The notes under the pieces were generated by a model that worked only from the letters and a program-made list of their open reading frames with translations, was not told the DNA's origin and did no database searches. Below, piece by piece: positions 25,987 through 40,445 of a stretch of 64,000 bases of DNA (within the stretch, counting starts at the first letter, position 1; each line of letters starts with the position of its first letter). This stretch comes from Raja brachyura (Eukaryota). Location: NCBI GenBank assembly GCA_963514005.1, contig OY740797.1, forward strand, positions 45,446,001 through 45,510,000. The letters are read 5' to 3'. The translations under genes and the position numbers were made by a program.

Positions 25987-26336
25987 GTTGGTATAGCTTT
26001 TTAAACATTTTATGTGAACTTTTAAGGTAGTATTTGGATAAACCCACACAATATATACTGAAATTTACAAATGCATTTTTTCCTTTTCCAAATTGATAGA
26101 ATTTTCTTTCAATCTCATCTATTCAATTAGCAACATATTCTGAAAAAATAAATTAAATTATCTTTGGAAGAATACATCTAAAAGGTTTTTTCTTATCTTT
26201 ATAGATAAAGATAATATCCATTTGTAGCCCCAAAAAACTGCTTAATCTGACCTCCTTGGGTATATATGTCCCTCTTTTACCTTATTTCCCATTCTGCTAA
26301 TTATTTTGTGCTTTCCTCTAAAATATATATACTTCT

Positions 26337-26340
<4 letters not shown>

Positions 26341-26408
<68 letters not shown>
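26341..26408. repeat. (AT)n microsatellite, ~34 units
   Basis: Directly visible. Confidence 0.98.
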
Positions 26409-26412
<4 letters not shown>

Positions 26413-29400
26413 GATGGTAACTTCTGATTATACAAATTATAATAATAGACATTCTTAGATAATTCTGGACTCAGTCTTTACACTTTAAAATGGAAAACCC
26501 TTTAGCATATATTTCTTAGGAAGCCAGTGCCCCTGTAATATATCATTTAAACCGGCATTCTTAAATCAAGACCTATGATAGTCAAAATAAACAGGCAATT
26601 TTATGAAATGATGTTGGGTGTAGCCTGGGGAAGTCATACCCAATTCTCTCCTCTCTCTATATCCACAGAACAATTTACAAAATGGATCATTCACGTTTCC
26701 AGGAGATAGATCTCTGATCAGTTTTTTCACAACATATTTACCTACTTATTTCCTTTGTTTATCCCAGGGGCAGCGAAGCCAACTGTGGCATTCTACTGCT
26801 GCCAAGTGAGATCTCCCATCTCATTAAAAACGAGGGATCTTCCTGGGCTGTGTGGTTCAGTGCCAAACTAATGATCCACAGAGTAAGGTCCAAAGTTTTT
26901 TGAACTTTGGATAACTACATTGAAAACCATCTATTGTTGAGGTAAATTAAGTTTTATAGATAGATGAAGCAAGTGTCCTGACTATGAAGGAATTGCATGC
27001 TTTTATGTCATCCATAAGGTTAGTGGTGCTGTTAATAGAAGATAAAGGCTGGTGCAGTTTGAGAGTTTAAAATCCCCATTGACCTGCCATGTGTTTTAAA
27101 ATGAGGCACCTTCATTATATTGATACTGTTCTTAGATATAATGTTGCTTGTCTCGTTGTTTATTTTAAACGTGTGTTGAAACTTTTTTTAGTTGAACTTG
27201 ATAATTGAGATACATCCGTTTGGTATATTTATACCAGCTTTAAATCGCCTGGTATCAAGTGTTGCAAACTTGGATTTGAATCTGAAAGTGATTGCTATAT
27301 TTCTTGTAAGTTGTATTCACAGACAAAATCTATCATTTGAAAAGAAGAACAAACCAATTCTAATGTTCAACAATGCAATGTCACCCACATTAGTCATATT
27401 AGGTCCTGGAGACAAACTCATAAAAGTACACATTTCACTCCTTTAAACTTGTCTGAAACTTGCCAAGCGAATCATGTGAGCTGCTGTAGACCTTGCTTAT
27501 CCATTTTGTGTTGCTAGATGTAATTAGTTAACCTTCCTTGGCTCAGCTCCCAAAAACGTTCAAAAGTCCTGAGAAATATAACATCTTACAGGACTAAAAA
27601 GGATCTTTGTCATCCATCAACTCATTTATAAAAGTCAGAGGCTTTACTTTTTTCCTGCCATCAGCAGTTCTTTCAGGTAAAAATTGTAATAATTGTCATT
27701 GCTTCTCCACGTTTCCATCAAAATTACATGTCTGCTATGTAAGCTAACATTTTTTGTGCTGGATTTGTATTGGAATTAAGCATGTTTGTGAAGCCCATTT
27801 TTCATTATTAAGATCTTAAATATTTAAATGCTGTCACATCAAAGTTTTTCTTTGCCAATTCAACTATTTCTAATTTCCATAAATTTGCAGAGTGAAAGTG
27901 CCTAAGCCCATGTAATAATTTCAATGCTATTTACCCTTTGGACTCCCTCCAACCCCACAGTTTCCACAGTAATGTTATGCTCAGAAATGTATATAATATT
28001 CAAAATTGGGAGCCTATTTCTAAAAGCAAAGTAATGATTATTTCCTCAACGTGTTCAATTCCTGAAATCCCAGTTATCTTTTCAGCAACACTAACAATAT
28101 CATATGCAGCATCCCCAGATTGTAATGCTGTGATATTCCTCGTTGAGACATTTAATTCTCATTTATTTCACATTTCCATTTTTTTTCTTGCCATAGCCTT
28201 ACAACTCAGGATTTCTTAACATTAACTAACAGTCCTCATCTTGTTGACCCTCTATCAGACCCTATCCACGTAGGCCTTTCTTACTATTAGTGACTAATCC
28301 TGATTAAGAGGTCGGAGAGGTTTTTTTAATTATCTTTTCTGTCATATGTTTAATATACACCTAAGCAATGATTGCCGGAATTATTATTCCAGGATCACAA
28401 TCGCATCTTCATTGTTAATTCATTAAAATTATCTTTACATTCTTGGTGCCATCAAGTTAGTTATTCATTTGCTTGCCAGTCTATGCCTGTTCACCTGTAA
28501 TAGAATCTTAGAGTGATACAGCATGGAAACAGACTTTTAGCGTACTATGTCCATGTTGGCATTAGGCTCCTTTCTGTATTAATACCATTTTCAGACGCTC
28601 AACCTGTAGACTTTCATGCCGGCATTTAATCTCTATAATTCTTAAATCTATGAGAACACCTGCTTCCACCAACCCTTCAGGCAGTGTGGTTCACATTTTA
28701 GCCTCTCCCCGGGTAAAAAAACTCTTCTACAAGTCCCTTATGAATTTACTACCCCATAATCTTCTGTGCAGTTGCACTGAGACTAAGTAGTTACTTATTA
28801 ATTTGTAACATTTCCAGTAATAAGTTACTGAAATATTCATTTATATTTGTGTCACTTTATCTTATGTGTTTGTGTTTTCAAGTAATATTTTCCTTTCTTG
28901 GATATTTTTTATAGTGCAATGTTACCATTATTGATGGGTTAATTTTATGAATTTAAGTTTGAGAAGTTTACATATTTCCAGACCCTCGTCAAGTATAGCA
29001 TCAATTAAGAATTTGTGCTGGATTTATAATTTAGAATAAAATAATAGATATCACAATAAAATGTAAGTATCTAAGCAGACACATGATTGAAGTTTTCATA
29101 AATCAACTAAGCTGAAATTAAGAGTACTCTTAAAGGCTGGAGATAAATATTCTCCTTAGTACCATGAGCATAATCCGGACATTTTAGCTACATTTATGAT
29201 AATGGGAACCTCATTGTTGAAATGGAGTTTCCATTACCATAAATGGAGCTAAACTTATATTTTATAATTTAAAATCATCACAAAAATTTATCGTAAAACA
29301 TTTGGATTGGTTATGGTTGGAATATGAATCAAAATAAAAAAACTTTTAAATACTTATACCTTTGGTTAATCTGAAAGGACACTTACATTGTAGAGTATTG

Positions 29401-31782
29401 CTGTAAGCTTCATTGTTAGCATTTACCACAAGTGCAATCAATTTTTTTTACACATTTAATGAACTGCAAATTAGCTTGATTCTTTAAATGGATGTTGATA
29501 TTAGTATGCAGTTTTAAGTCCCAATTCAAAAATAATGGCAGTAGAAATATTAGGATATGGTTGGATCAATACAAAACAATTGAAAACTAGTTATGTATAC
29601 ATAAATTGTGCACTTTACTATACTGGTCGGTGTTTGGAATTTGATAGGTGAATAAAAATTAGATTAGAATTGTTTGCTGCTGCATTTATGTTAGAAGTAG
29701 TAGGGATGTTTGTTGCATGCACTGTCATTGTGTTTTCACAATAAACAGTGGTAGCCACTACTTTGGGTATAGTTAAAACCAGTGATGAGTTTCCGAGTTA
29801 TTTCTTTGGTCTTTAAAAGCAATTTTGGTGTAGAATTAAAATCGTCTCAGGAACTTAACAATGAACTCAAAATTAATTAGCAGTAAAAAGTTGTGGAAAA
29901 AAAAACGTTTTGTATAAAAGTGAAAGAATGAGTAAAAAAATATTTTTATCATTTATCTTAAAAATTATTTTGAAGCATCTCAAGGATAAAATTAAAAATT
30001 GTAGCTTTTTGTACTGCAGGGAGGAAAACAGTTCCGTGACTTCAATGATGATTTTATGATTTTCTCATAAGTTTTTACATAAGTAAAATAAATCCCATTG
30101 ATCACAATGGCGCAATTGTAAAGTGCAATATCACTTCTGGCCCATTCTTGAAAACATACAATGAATGTCAACCATCCATTTGGTAGGACACTCGCACTGA
30201 GAAAAAGATTGCACTGGCAAAGCTTACCATTATTTCGATGGTCTGCTATGTTACAGTCTTCCAATATATTCAAGGCTCCCATATTCAATTTCCCGACAAA
30301 TTCAGTTTATGCTGAATGGCAAAAGGCTCTTAAGTGCCTCCCCATGTCCCATCTGAATTTTGTCATGATAAAGTTGAAAGTTCAGTTGGATATCACTTTC
30401 GTCTCAACGTAAATCATTTAATTAATTCCAAAAGGACAGTTTCAGGGATTTTGAGAGATGACAGTATTGGGAGAACAGGGGGAGGGCGGAGTAACAAGCT
30501 TGGCTTCTTGAAAGAAAAAAAAACTGACATATCATACAGAAATATACGTGTAGAAAATGTTTTCAAGAAAGTAATGTCTTGGCAATCAGGCAGTATAATT
30601 AAATTGTCTAAAATTTGCAGTTACAGCGTGTAATGTCATTTACACTACATGATCTGCCACTACTGAGGTTTCTGTATTTGATACTTTACAACTCTGAGTT
30701 TCATTATATGAAGTAAAACATTGGGCCAAATAACGTAACTGTTTACAATAAAAAGTAATCTTACATTCATACTGCCAGTGTAATTCCATTGTGAGAGCTT
30801 TTATCAGTTTAGAATGATAAATATAAATGATCCTCAATTCAAAATAATGATTTTATAAAGCTCAACGGATACTTCAGTTTTATATATGTAGTTTTCAAAA
30901 AATTGCTTTTATTTATATTGTGCTAAATTGGTCAGACTACATCATACAGCTTACCTTAAACTTTTAATGGCATCCATTGATTTATATGATTGCAGATTAG
31001 CCATTTTACCAATATACATAAACAGACCATTACATGGTTGAACATTTCATTGTGGTAATGGGATATGAAATGAAGTAAGTGTTCACTACAGAATGGCCAA
31101 TGGCATGTTCTTGTCCAGGATGCTCTAGGTGGTAATTTTCAATAATACTAATAATGTGATGTTGTGAAGTCTCCTGATTTATTACAATGAACATCCTAGT
31201 GAGATTGATCAGCCAGTTTGGTTGAGGTCAAGGAGTAGAAAAGTCATACCGTGCAAAGGAAGATAAAGCATGCACAAAAATATTGTCAAAAATTGTTAAC
31301 AATTGTTATTTCGATCTTCCACACATAGAAAGTTAGGTTGATATACAATTAACCGATAAGGTTAGGAGCCAAAATGTAGGTGGACAAATTAAATAAACCA
31401 CAGGGCTCTGCTCTGCATTTTAAGAGGTACCCCTTGAGTTTTTGTAGAACCTTTTGCATTGCCTTTCATTCTGCAGCATATATGGACCTATAAGCTCTCT
31501 GCGTAGATCTATGTTACCAAATCTCCACATGTTTTCTGTCATGTTATGCGTTTGGCAGATAAATCACTCCTGGTATTTAACAAATTTGCAGATCTAGGGC
31601 GAAGGAATATTTTATGCTTTGCTTCCTATTCTTGGTCAGAGAAATGTCCTAGCAAAATAGAAGATAAATTGAAAATTGAGAAGTTTAAAAGAAAGTACAT
31701 AAAAAGCATTATATACCTGGTTATGAGATGCATTTTATTTCAATCAAGTAATTTTGTGATGGGTATTTTTGATGTTTCACAG

Positions 31783-31972
31783 AACAACAGAACCACCAAA
31801 ATCTTCTTTAAAGAAGTGCCCAACACTATGTGCTCACTATCCTGGTAAAGTTGAGGGCAAAGAATTGAAAGTACTGGTACAACCTGAGACACAACACAGG
31901 GCACGGTACTTGACGGAAGGTAGCCGTGGCTCTGTGAAAGATCGGACACAGCAAGGCTTTCCAACAGTGAAG
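31783..31972 (+). CDS. NFAT5: NFAT5 coding exon: start of Rel homology domain, 190 nt, phase 2/0
   Basis: [38 protein letters not shown]; tttcacag acceptor and AAG|gtaata donor. Confidence 0.97.
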
Positions 31973-32769
31973 GTAATAGTTTTCCCTGACTTTGAAAGGA
32001 ATTGCTGTAAGTAACACAAAAACAAATTGTTTATACATGAAGCAAAAGCTGAACAGTATTCAGGACAATTAGTCTGTTTGATTGGTACTTATCGATAGCT
32101 TAAACATTCACTTCCTCATCACCACCACATATTTTGATAGCTGTATGTATCATTTACTGAATCAACCAGAGGCCTCTACCATCTGCAGAGACAAGGGCAT
32201 GGCACTATCCACAAAAAAAACAGGAAAGTAAGAAATACTCTTTCGGTCTAGCAGAATTTGTAGAGAGAGAAACCAAGTTAAACTTTTCAAAGCTATGACC
32301 TTTCATTTCGTATCATAAGCATTTGTTTTTCATTTCTGCTTAATCCAGTATCCAGCATCTTCATTGGTTTTTTCCCTTTTCAAAAACTTCCAAATTGCAT
32401 ACTCACCCATCTTGAACTTGTAGTGTTAATCCTGTATCACCATCCATTCATTATTGTTGAATCATAATTTGAAACTTGCTATTTAATTGAATGGTGGGAG
32501 TATCTTCACCAGGTAGATTGCAGTGATTTAAAAAACAAACACCATCTAAAAGAACATGTTTGGGGGGGTGCTCTGGTGGATGTTGACCAGTAGAGAAGAG
32601 AACTACTGGGATTTAAAAAGGAAAATAAATAACATTGTTTGTTAAGGTTATCTATTTTCTAAAGGCACAAAGGTTGATTTCAAAATCTTAAAATGCTATG
32701 AAATCACATGGATACAGATTTAATTTGAAAAAGTTATATTTGATTATTTTTCTTTCATTTCAGGACAGA

Positions 32770-33840
32770 ATTATGGATTACATTCAAATTTTTTTTTAGA
32801 TATTTACAACTTAGAGACTATGTTAAATCACATACACAAGATTATAGAACTAGAGAGCCAGAAATTCTGGATGAATGTTTGAATAAACATCCTAATACAG
32901 TTAAATTGATATCTTACATTTATAATACTCTTTTAGATAGTGAGATCCCGTCGACTGAATTATATAGACAAGCATGGGAAAATGAATTAGCTCAACCTAT
33001 AACGAAAGATATTTTGGATGAAATTCCACAACACATACATCAACGCTCGTTAAATGCCAGAAATTCTTTAAAACAATTTAAAGTACTACATAGATTGCAT
33101 TATTCTAAAACAAAATTAAATATAATTTTTCCTAATATCTCCCCTATATGAGACAAATGTCAATATTCAGTGGCTAATTGAATCCATACTTTTCTAAATT
33201 GTATTAAAAAAAAAAATTCTGGATGGATATTTTAAAAATTATTTCCGACTGGGTCCGTAAACTAATAATATTGGGAATATTAGAACAATGCCTAAAACTT
33301 ACAACAAGCCAAACAAATGTCCTTGATTATAGTATAATAATTGGGAAAAAATTAATATTAAAATTTTGGGAAAACCCAGCAACCCTCACAATTAAAATGT
33401 GGATTATGGCGAGAGACCGTACATTTGGAAAAAATTAGACTTGTCTTAATTGACAAACCAAAATTATTTGCTAGAACATGGTCTCCATTTATAGATTATT
33501 TGAAGGGGTAGATTGGTCCTGCACGGGAGCCTGACTGAAGCTTGAATCCAGGATAAGATGAATAGTTATGTTTTATAACCTACGGACCTATCACCTAAGC
33601 TGTATTATTGATAATTTACTCTTTTATATTATCTCTTTTTTCTTTTCTCTCTTTCTATCTATAAATAAAAATAAACAATTAGAAGCAGTGTTAATACGTA
33701 ATGGATAAATGAGGACCCCAGCTATTTGATAGCTGGGACCCCGGGACACTAGATATTAATAATATGTAATCGGTAAACAAAGTCTGTATTGGTTAGGATT
33801 ATGATATGCTTGTAATAAAAATATTATACAAAAAAAGAAA
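32770..33840 (+). mobile_element. L1-clade LINE 3' fragment (ORF2 C-terminus, 3'UTR, A-rich tail)
   Basis: RYLQLRDYV...AWENEL...QFKVLHRLHYSKTKL...DKC, typical of fish-type L1 ORF2 C-terminus; aataaa and A-run near 33815-33840. Confidence 0.78.
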
Positions 33841-34110
33841 TACAGCACGGAAATTGGCCCACCGAGTCCGCGCCGACCAACAATCCCTGCACACTTACCT
33901 ATACACTTTGGACAATTTACAGTTATACCAAGCCAAATGACCTACAACCCTATACACCTTTGGTGTGTGGGGAAAAAAATGGAGATCCCAGGGAAAACCA
34001 TTGCAGGTCACGCGGAAGAACGTACAAACCCCGTACAGACAAGCACCCGTAGTCAGTATCAAACCCTAGTCTCTGGAACGTTTAGGCAACAAGTCTACCG
34101 CTATGCCACC
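33841..34110 (-). mobile_element. tRNA-derived SINE (V-SINE/HE1-like)
   Basis: Reverse-complement homology to 50932-51225. Confidence 0.72.
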
Positions 34111-34281
34111 ATGCGCATCATGCCCTATACAATTAATATCACATTGCATAAATATATCAAAAGATACATATTTGTTTATTTTGTACTTAAGGTTTATTAA
34201 TGGTTACAATTCTACTTATATGTTAGAACTTCCACGTATTAGAGAGAAAATTACATATTCTAAGCTCTTATCTTGTTTTAG

Positions 34282-34472
34282 TTGGAAGGCTACAATGAAC
34301 CGGCAGTCCTACAGATTTTTGTTGGTAATGATTCTGGCCGAATCAAACCTCATGGTTTTTACCAAGCATGCAAAGTCACTGGGCGAAATACTACTCCTTG
34401 CAAGGAGGTGGATATTGAAGGAACAACTGTGATTGAGGTCAACTTGGATCCTGGAAGTAACATGACATTAGC
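34282..34472 (+). CDS. NFAT5: NFAT5 coding exon: RHD, 191 nt, phase 0/2
   Basis: [36 protein letters not shown]...NMTLA; ttttag acceptor and GC|gtgagt donor. Confidence 0.97.
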
Positions 34473-34899
34473 GTGAGTATTTATTAAAATCTGCTGGTGA
34501 CTAATCTCTTTTCTGAAAAATGAATGGAACATACGGAAACTTATCATATTAAACATAAGACTGTCTGAATATTGAGTTTAGATATTGTGTTGCTTATTAT
34601 CTGAGGTGGAAAAAACAAAGATATCGAGCAATAGAATCAGAGAAGATCCGGAGTTTGATCGCTACATTGTGCTGATTGAGTTTATCTCATGCATTAAGTA
34701 GGAAAAGGATTTGTAAACCAGAATTGCAGTTGGTAATGATGTTGGAGAAGAAATTGGTATTGACACTGTACTATTGGGTGGTGTCTGATTTTCACCGTAA
34801 GTTATCTTACAACGAATGATAACTTGTAAATTTCATCATGAAATAGATTTACTTATAACTGACTTAAAAGCAAACTATCTACAAAGTCTAGGCTAGTTG

Positions 34900-36100
34900 G
34901 AACCTGATACATTGTTGACTTGGTAGATTAGATTCAAAACTGGCTTGGCCATAGATATTGAAATTAGAATTCAAAACAGATACTGGGATTTTGGTGTTTC
35001 TGTGACTGGTGGTCTGTGATCAATGGTGTTCCACAGGGAACAATGCTGGAACTTCTATTATTTGTGCTAAATATAAATGACTTGGACAAACATGTAGAGA
35101 ATCAGATTTGTATATTTGCAAGAAAATGTTGTCAAATTATACAGTAGGACATAGATTAGTTTTAATGATAGCAGATGGAGTTTAATCCAGACAAGTGTGA
35201 GGTGTTGCACTTTGGGATATCAAGCATGAGAACAAAGTGTGCAGTAAATGACAGGAACCTTGGGTGCGTTTATGTACAGATCGATCATGGGATGGAAATT
35301 CATATCTCCCTGAAAGTGAGGTGAAACACAAGGTGATAGGATGGTTAAAAAAAGGTGTACACATGCTTGCATTTCTCAGCTGGGGCATTGGCTATAAAAG
35401 TCAGGAAGTCAAGTTGCAGCTGTATAGAACTGTGTTGTTCAGAAATGTGATCATTTGAGTGCTCTTCTGGTCACCGCATTACAAGAAGGTGGAGACTTTG
35501 AAGAAGGTCATCCAGAGGTTTTCCAATTGGAGAGTATTAGTTATAAGGAGAAGTTGGACAAACTTGGAATGTTTACTATGTAGAGGCAGAGGTTGAGGGG
35601 AGACCAGATAGATGTTTATACAATTATGAGAGGCATAGATTGGGTAAATAGTCAGACTCTTTTTCCAGGGTAAGAATTATAAATACTAGAGAACATAGCT
35701 TTATGGGCCTGTCCCACTTATGCAACGGCGACTACCAGCACCCGTCATAGGTCGCCGAAAATGTTCAACATGTTGAAAATTCAGCGGCGACCAGAAAGAC
35801 ACTACGACTCTTTGGGTGACTGAAGAGGCTACTCACGACCATACAGGCGACATGTCGCGGGGTGAAACCTGTATGGTCGTGAGTAGTCACCCAAAGAATC
35901 ATACCTTGTTCTGGTCGCCGCTGGATTTTCAACGTTGAAAATTTTCAGAGACCTGCTGCGACTATCTCGGGTGCCGGCATATCTCCGAAAAAAATCGCGT
36001 AAGTGGGACAGGCTCATTAAGGTGAGAGGGAGAAATTTTAAAGGAGATATGCAAGGTAAGTGGAACAAGTTGGTGGGGAGGTGGTCGAAACAGGTAGAAT
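34900..36100 (+). mobile_element. Decayed CR1 fragment
   Basis: ggtgttccacaggga, atataaatgacttgga and MLAFLSWGIGYKSQEVKLQLYRT. Confidence 0.75.
35704..36016. mobile_element. MITE with GGGCCTGTCCCACT-type TIRs (PIF/Harbinger-like), TTA duplication
   Basis: tta|tgggcctgtcccactta ... taagtgggacaggctca|tta; removal restores CR1 sequence catagctttaaggtgag. Confidence 0.82.
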
Positions 36101-37239
36101 AGTGATCCCATTCACCAATTCATTTTCCCAGTGACCCAACATCCCCATCAACTGTCCCAGATTCTTCTGCTCATCCAGCTGCAATTTACAGTTGCCAGTT
36201 AATTTACTGGTCAACTGCTGTTTGCATATCCAGATGAATCAACCGTAAAAATCCCAAGTCACAAGGAATAAAACATCAGAAAAACGGACAGAGCCAACTG
36301 CGGACATATAGTTGAGTCCTGATGCAGCCGAGGATTTTAAAGCAAGTGGCTACAGAGATTATTCCATAATTTCAAAGCTCACTGCATTCTGTGAGGATAC
36401 CAGAAGATCGTAAAACAGCCAACATGACTTCCTTGTTCAAAAAGGAGGACAGAGGGTGGGGTGCTTTTGGCCCGTTAAGTTAACATCAATTGTTGGCAAG
36501 ATGCTAGAATCAATAATTAAAGAGGAAAACACTAATCATTTGAAAAAGCTGAGTATAATCAAATCTAATCTTGACAAAAGATAATCATATGTAGGAAGGA
36601 ACTGCAGATGTTAGTTTACACCGAAGACAGACACAAAATGCTGGAGTAACTCAGCTGGTCAGGCAGCATCTCTGGAGAAAAGGGTTGAGACCCTTCTTCC
36701 GACAAATCATGTTTTCAGATAAATCATGTTTGACAAATTTGCTCTTTGAGGATGTGACAGAGGTGGTTGATAGAGAGAGACATGTAGATATGTATTTGGA
36801 ATTCTGAAAGGGTTTTAACATAATGGCATGTAAGAGGCTGTTGCATAAATTAAGGGCCCAAGGTATTGGTGGAAGTTGGAGTATAGGAGGATCCTAAGAG
36901 GTTTTGATAGGGTAGATGTTAAGATGTCTTCACAACTCGGAGAATTGCAAATAAGGAGCCGGTCGTTAATACGGATATGCATAGAAATGTTTTATTTCAG
37001 AAGATAGTGAATCTGTGGAATTTTCTGTACCTAAGAATGGTGAAAGCTAGATCATTAGATATGTCAAAGGTGGATGCAGATAACTATTTGGAAGATTGAG
37101 GAATTGAGCTCAATAGGAACCCGACACAGAAGAGGAGTTGAGGCTAGTATAAATCAGCCGTGATCATATTGACGTTTGGGAGCTGGTGGCCTACTCCTGT
37201 CCCTGTTTTCTTGTATTCCTGTGAGTAGTTCGCTAATTG

Positions 37240-37703
37240 GTTCACGAGAAGGGAAGGAAAAAGGTTTTGCATCTCCTGTGGTCGTGTGAGAAAGTACCAT
37301 GGGAAGCATGTTGGTGGAGAGGGAAGAGCGAAGGGAGTTCCTTTTGGAACAATGAAAGGGGGAGAAGGCTGTGAGAGAGTGGCGGAACCGACAAAGTGAA
37401 GGGAGAAGAAGAAGCAGCAGCTGTTGAGAGGGGAGGGAGCCCCACCGTGACCAAGTGCGTCCAGCCGGCAGCTGAGGCCTGAAGAAAGCACTGTCCCCAG
37501 AGGCTAAACGCAAGCCGCAACAACAGCTGCGCTAACCAAATCACACAATGGGCGAAGAAGGGCTCACTGTTGCACCTTGCAAACCGGGGGTAACCTCGGA
37601 AGTCGTAGCTGGGGAGGCCATGCGAGTCGGGATGGTGCAGACAGGTCCGTCCACTATAACCAAAATCCATTAAAAACGAGTCCGTTAAAGCAAGGGTTTA
37701 CTG
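37240..37703 (-). mobile_element. Tigger/pogo-like DNA transposon terminal fragment with GC-rich interior
   Basis: Ends ...gtccgttaaagcaagggtttactg|ta; homolog of the 17625 copy. Confidence 0.55.
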
Positions 37704-38949
37704 TAATTAAAAATAAATCTAAACATACCAGACATATGGATATCTGCAGTAAAATTGAAAATACTTGAAACACTTGGTAGATCAGGCAACTTCAATGGAA
37801 AGAGAAACAAGATTAAGTTCCGAAATTGAAGAATCGTCACAAGAAACTCGAGAAAGCAAGATGGTTTTAAGTGGCAGAGAGAGTGTATAGGACAAGCAAT
37901 GAATCTTCTTCTTGTGTATGGCATGCACAGCCTAAAGTTGTAGGTCAACTTGTTCTATTTGAACTTTTGTTTGTGCATGTCGGGTTGATTGCATTAGTCA
38001 AAACAGGGCGGACCATGTGAAAGTTGCAATCTCCCACCCAAACAATGAATAGGAGCAATGAATAGGAGAAAAGTGGTATATTTGACAGGGGAAAGTCATA
38101 CTTGCCACATTGAAACATTATTTATTAAGACTCGCAGTTGACAGATTAATGAGAATAGTTAGAAAGAGGGAGAACCAACAAAGGAATACGTGAAAACTGT
38201 GAAATGCACAGATCAGCTGATACAGAGAACAAAATAAAGAATGCTGGAAATGCATACAGATAGGTCAAAGTGGGACTAAGAGGAGAATTGAAGTAACACG
38301 TGACTGGAAGATTAAGATGGTCACTGCAGACTGCAATATTAGGTACGCATATTACTTCGCTACAATATTAGGTAATTTACTTTTTCTGTTTGTATAGGAA
38401 CATGCTATTTCTGCTGTTCATCTGTAATATAAACTTTATTTTTCTCTCTGCGTGGGTACTACCTAATCTTCAGAACCTTTCTAGAAGTGAGAAGAGGCTT
38501 CAGATCTCAGCAACAATTCTATCGTAGTTTTAACAGCTTTTACGTGTCCCTCTATTTGTGTTCTTTCTAACCGGCCTCATTAATCTATTAACCAGGCTGC
38601 TTCATGAACTGTGGAATCACTTTGGCAAAGCTGGTATTTCCTTTAATCTATCCTTACCACCCCAACTCTTTCTGCAACTTCAAACCGCTCTGTTTTCCCA
38701 GGGAAAGTTAACTGTTTCTCATTCCACAGACCGCAGTCGGACCTCCTGAATACTTTTGTAATTTCCTGTTTTAATTTGTTTTTCCAATACCATTTATTAA
38801 ATGATTTAGAACATGGTGTAAAGACTTGCATACATACAAAATGGCTGTTGATTAAAGAAAAAATGAATGGCTTTGAATGGGAAGACATGTAAATGATTAT
38901 GAGTTTGAGCAGAATTGCTATAAATGATGTAACTGTTTTTTGCTTGCAG

Positions 38950-39122
38950 AGTTGACTGTGTGGGAATATTAAAGCTCAGGAATGCTGATGTTGAAGCACG
39001 CATTGGCATTGCAGGATCCAAAAAGAAAAGCACTCGTGCACGATTGGCGTTCCGAGTAAATATTGTTCGTGCAGATGGGTCTATTTTAACTCTGCAGACG
39101 TCTTCTTCATCCATCCTCTGCA
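38950..39122 (+). CDS. NFAT5: NFAT5 coding exon: RHD, 173 nt, phase 2/1
   Basis: [37 protein letters not shown]...SILC; ttgcag acceptor and A|gtgagt donor. Confidence 0.97.
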
Positions 39123-40169
39123 GTGAGTGATTTTTTTTCCCTTTTAATTGCTTTGTTCTTTTTTGGACATCTAATTGCCTGCCACAAAATGGATGCTAAC
39201 ATCTTTGAATGCCCAAAATATTTTTCAGATCATTATTCTGAAAACAATGATTCAGAATCATCCAATATTTGGCAGCTTTTATTATATGCACCTTATTGCA
39301 AGATGCTGCAATTGCTGTCTCACTGGTCATCATATACCTCAAGGCTTTTGGAGATCGATGTACACACAAATGATGGCCATAATGCCCTTTCACTGAAACG
39401 TCCTTGGAGTTGGCCTGTGGCTGCCATGTAGAGAGATCCTGAGAGGTCTACCAATCTGACCTGTGATCAGCGATGCATTGACTAAGCTTTTCATACATTT
39501 CCCAGGGAAACATGTAATTGTAGACTCGCCACACCATTCACAGTAACAAATAAAACATTGTACCTCAAAGAACTTCATATTCACTTAAATGTTTATTTGT
39601 GGAGGCCAGATTTGGCTCCATTGTTGCTTGCAACATTATTTTGATGCACCTAAATGGGTCCAATATAATTTCTGGGCACATATTATCCTGGATTGAGAGA
39701 ACTTGGTATTGTTCATTAATTCTGAAGAATGTGCAAATGTTTTATCTATAGAATAATGGCATTGTGTTTAATCAATTACAATTAGACTGCTTACTAATTG
39801 ATTACTATTTAAAATTAATTACAAGTATGAAGTTGCCAAAATATAATTTTAGAATGGTGGTAACACTGCATAGTTGGAGTAAATTATGATGGTAATAAAA
39901 ATAATGATGGTTAAGTTGGAATCATTTGTTAAGTAGCTTATTAAATTGTGACTGAAGAGTGGAAAGATAATTTTAAGAACTCATGTATGAAGGAAATTGA
40001 TACCAGTCTTATGTTGTGTATTTTCTATAGCCCTGCCTGCTTTCCAACATGATCTCAATCATGCAATATATGACCCCTTCCTGTGTCTCCATTCCAGTAC
40101 TGTCTGCTCTTTTGCATGTTAAATTACTGTTATGTGCTGAAGACTATATGGAAGATATGTTTTGTTTAG

Positions 40170-40445
40170 TTAAGAAACAGCATGGAAACAGGCCCTTCAG
40201 CCCACAGAGTTCATGCCAATCGATGATATGTTGATACCAGTTCTATGTTATCCCACTTTCTCATTCACTTCATGCATACCAGGGGCAATTTACAAAAGCC
40301 AATTAACCTACAGACCTCAATGTCTTTGAGATGTGGGAGGAAACTGCAGAACCCAGAGGAAACCCATGTGTGCTCACACATAGATAGCACCCAACATCGG
40401 GATCGAACCTGGGTCTCTGGCACTGTGAGCTCTACCAGCTGCGCC
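40170..40445 (-). mobile_element. tRNA-derived SINE (V-SINE/HE1-like)
   Basis: Reverse-complement homology to the other copies; B-box-like gatcgaacctgg. Confidence 0.7.
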
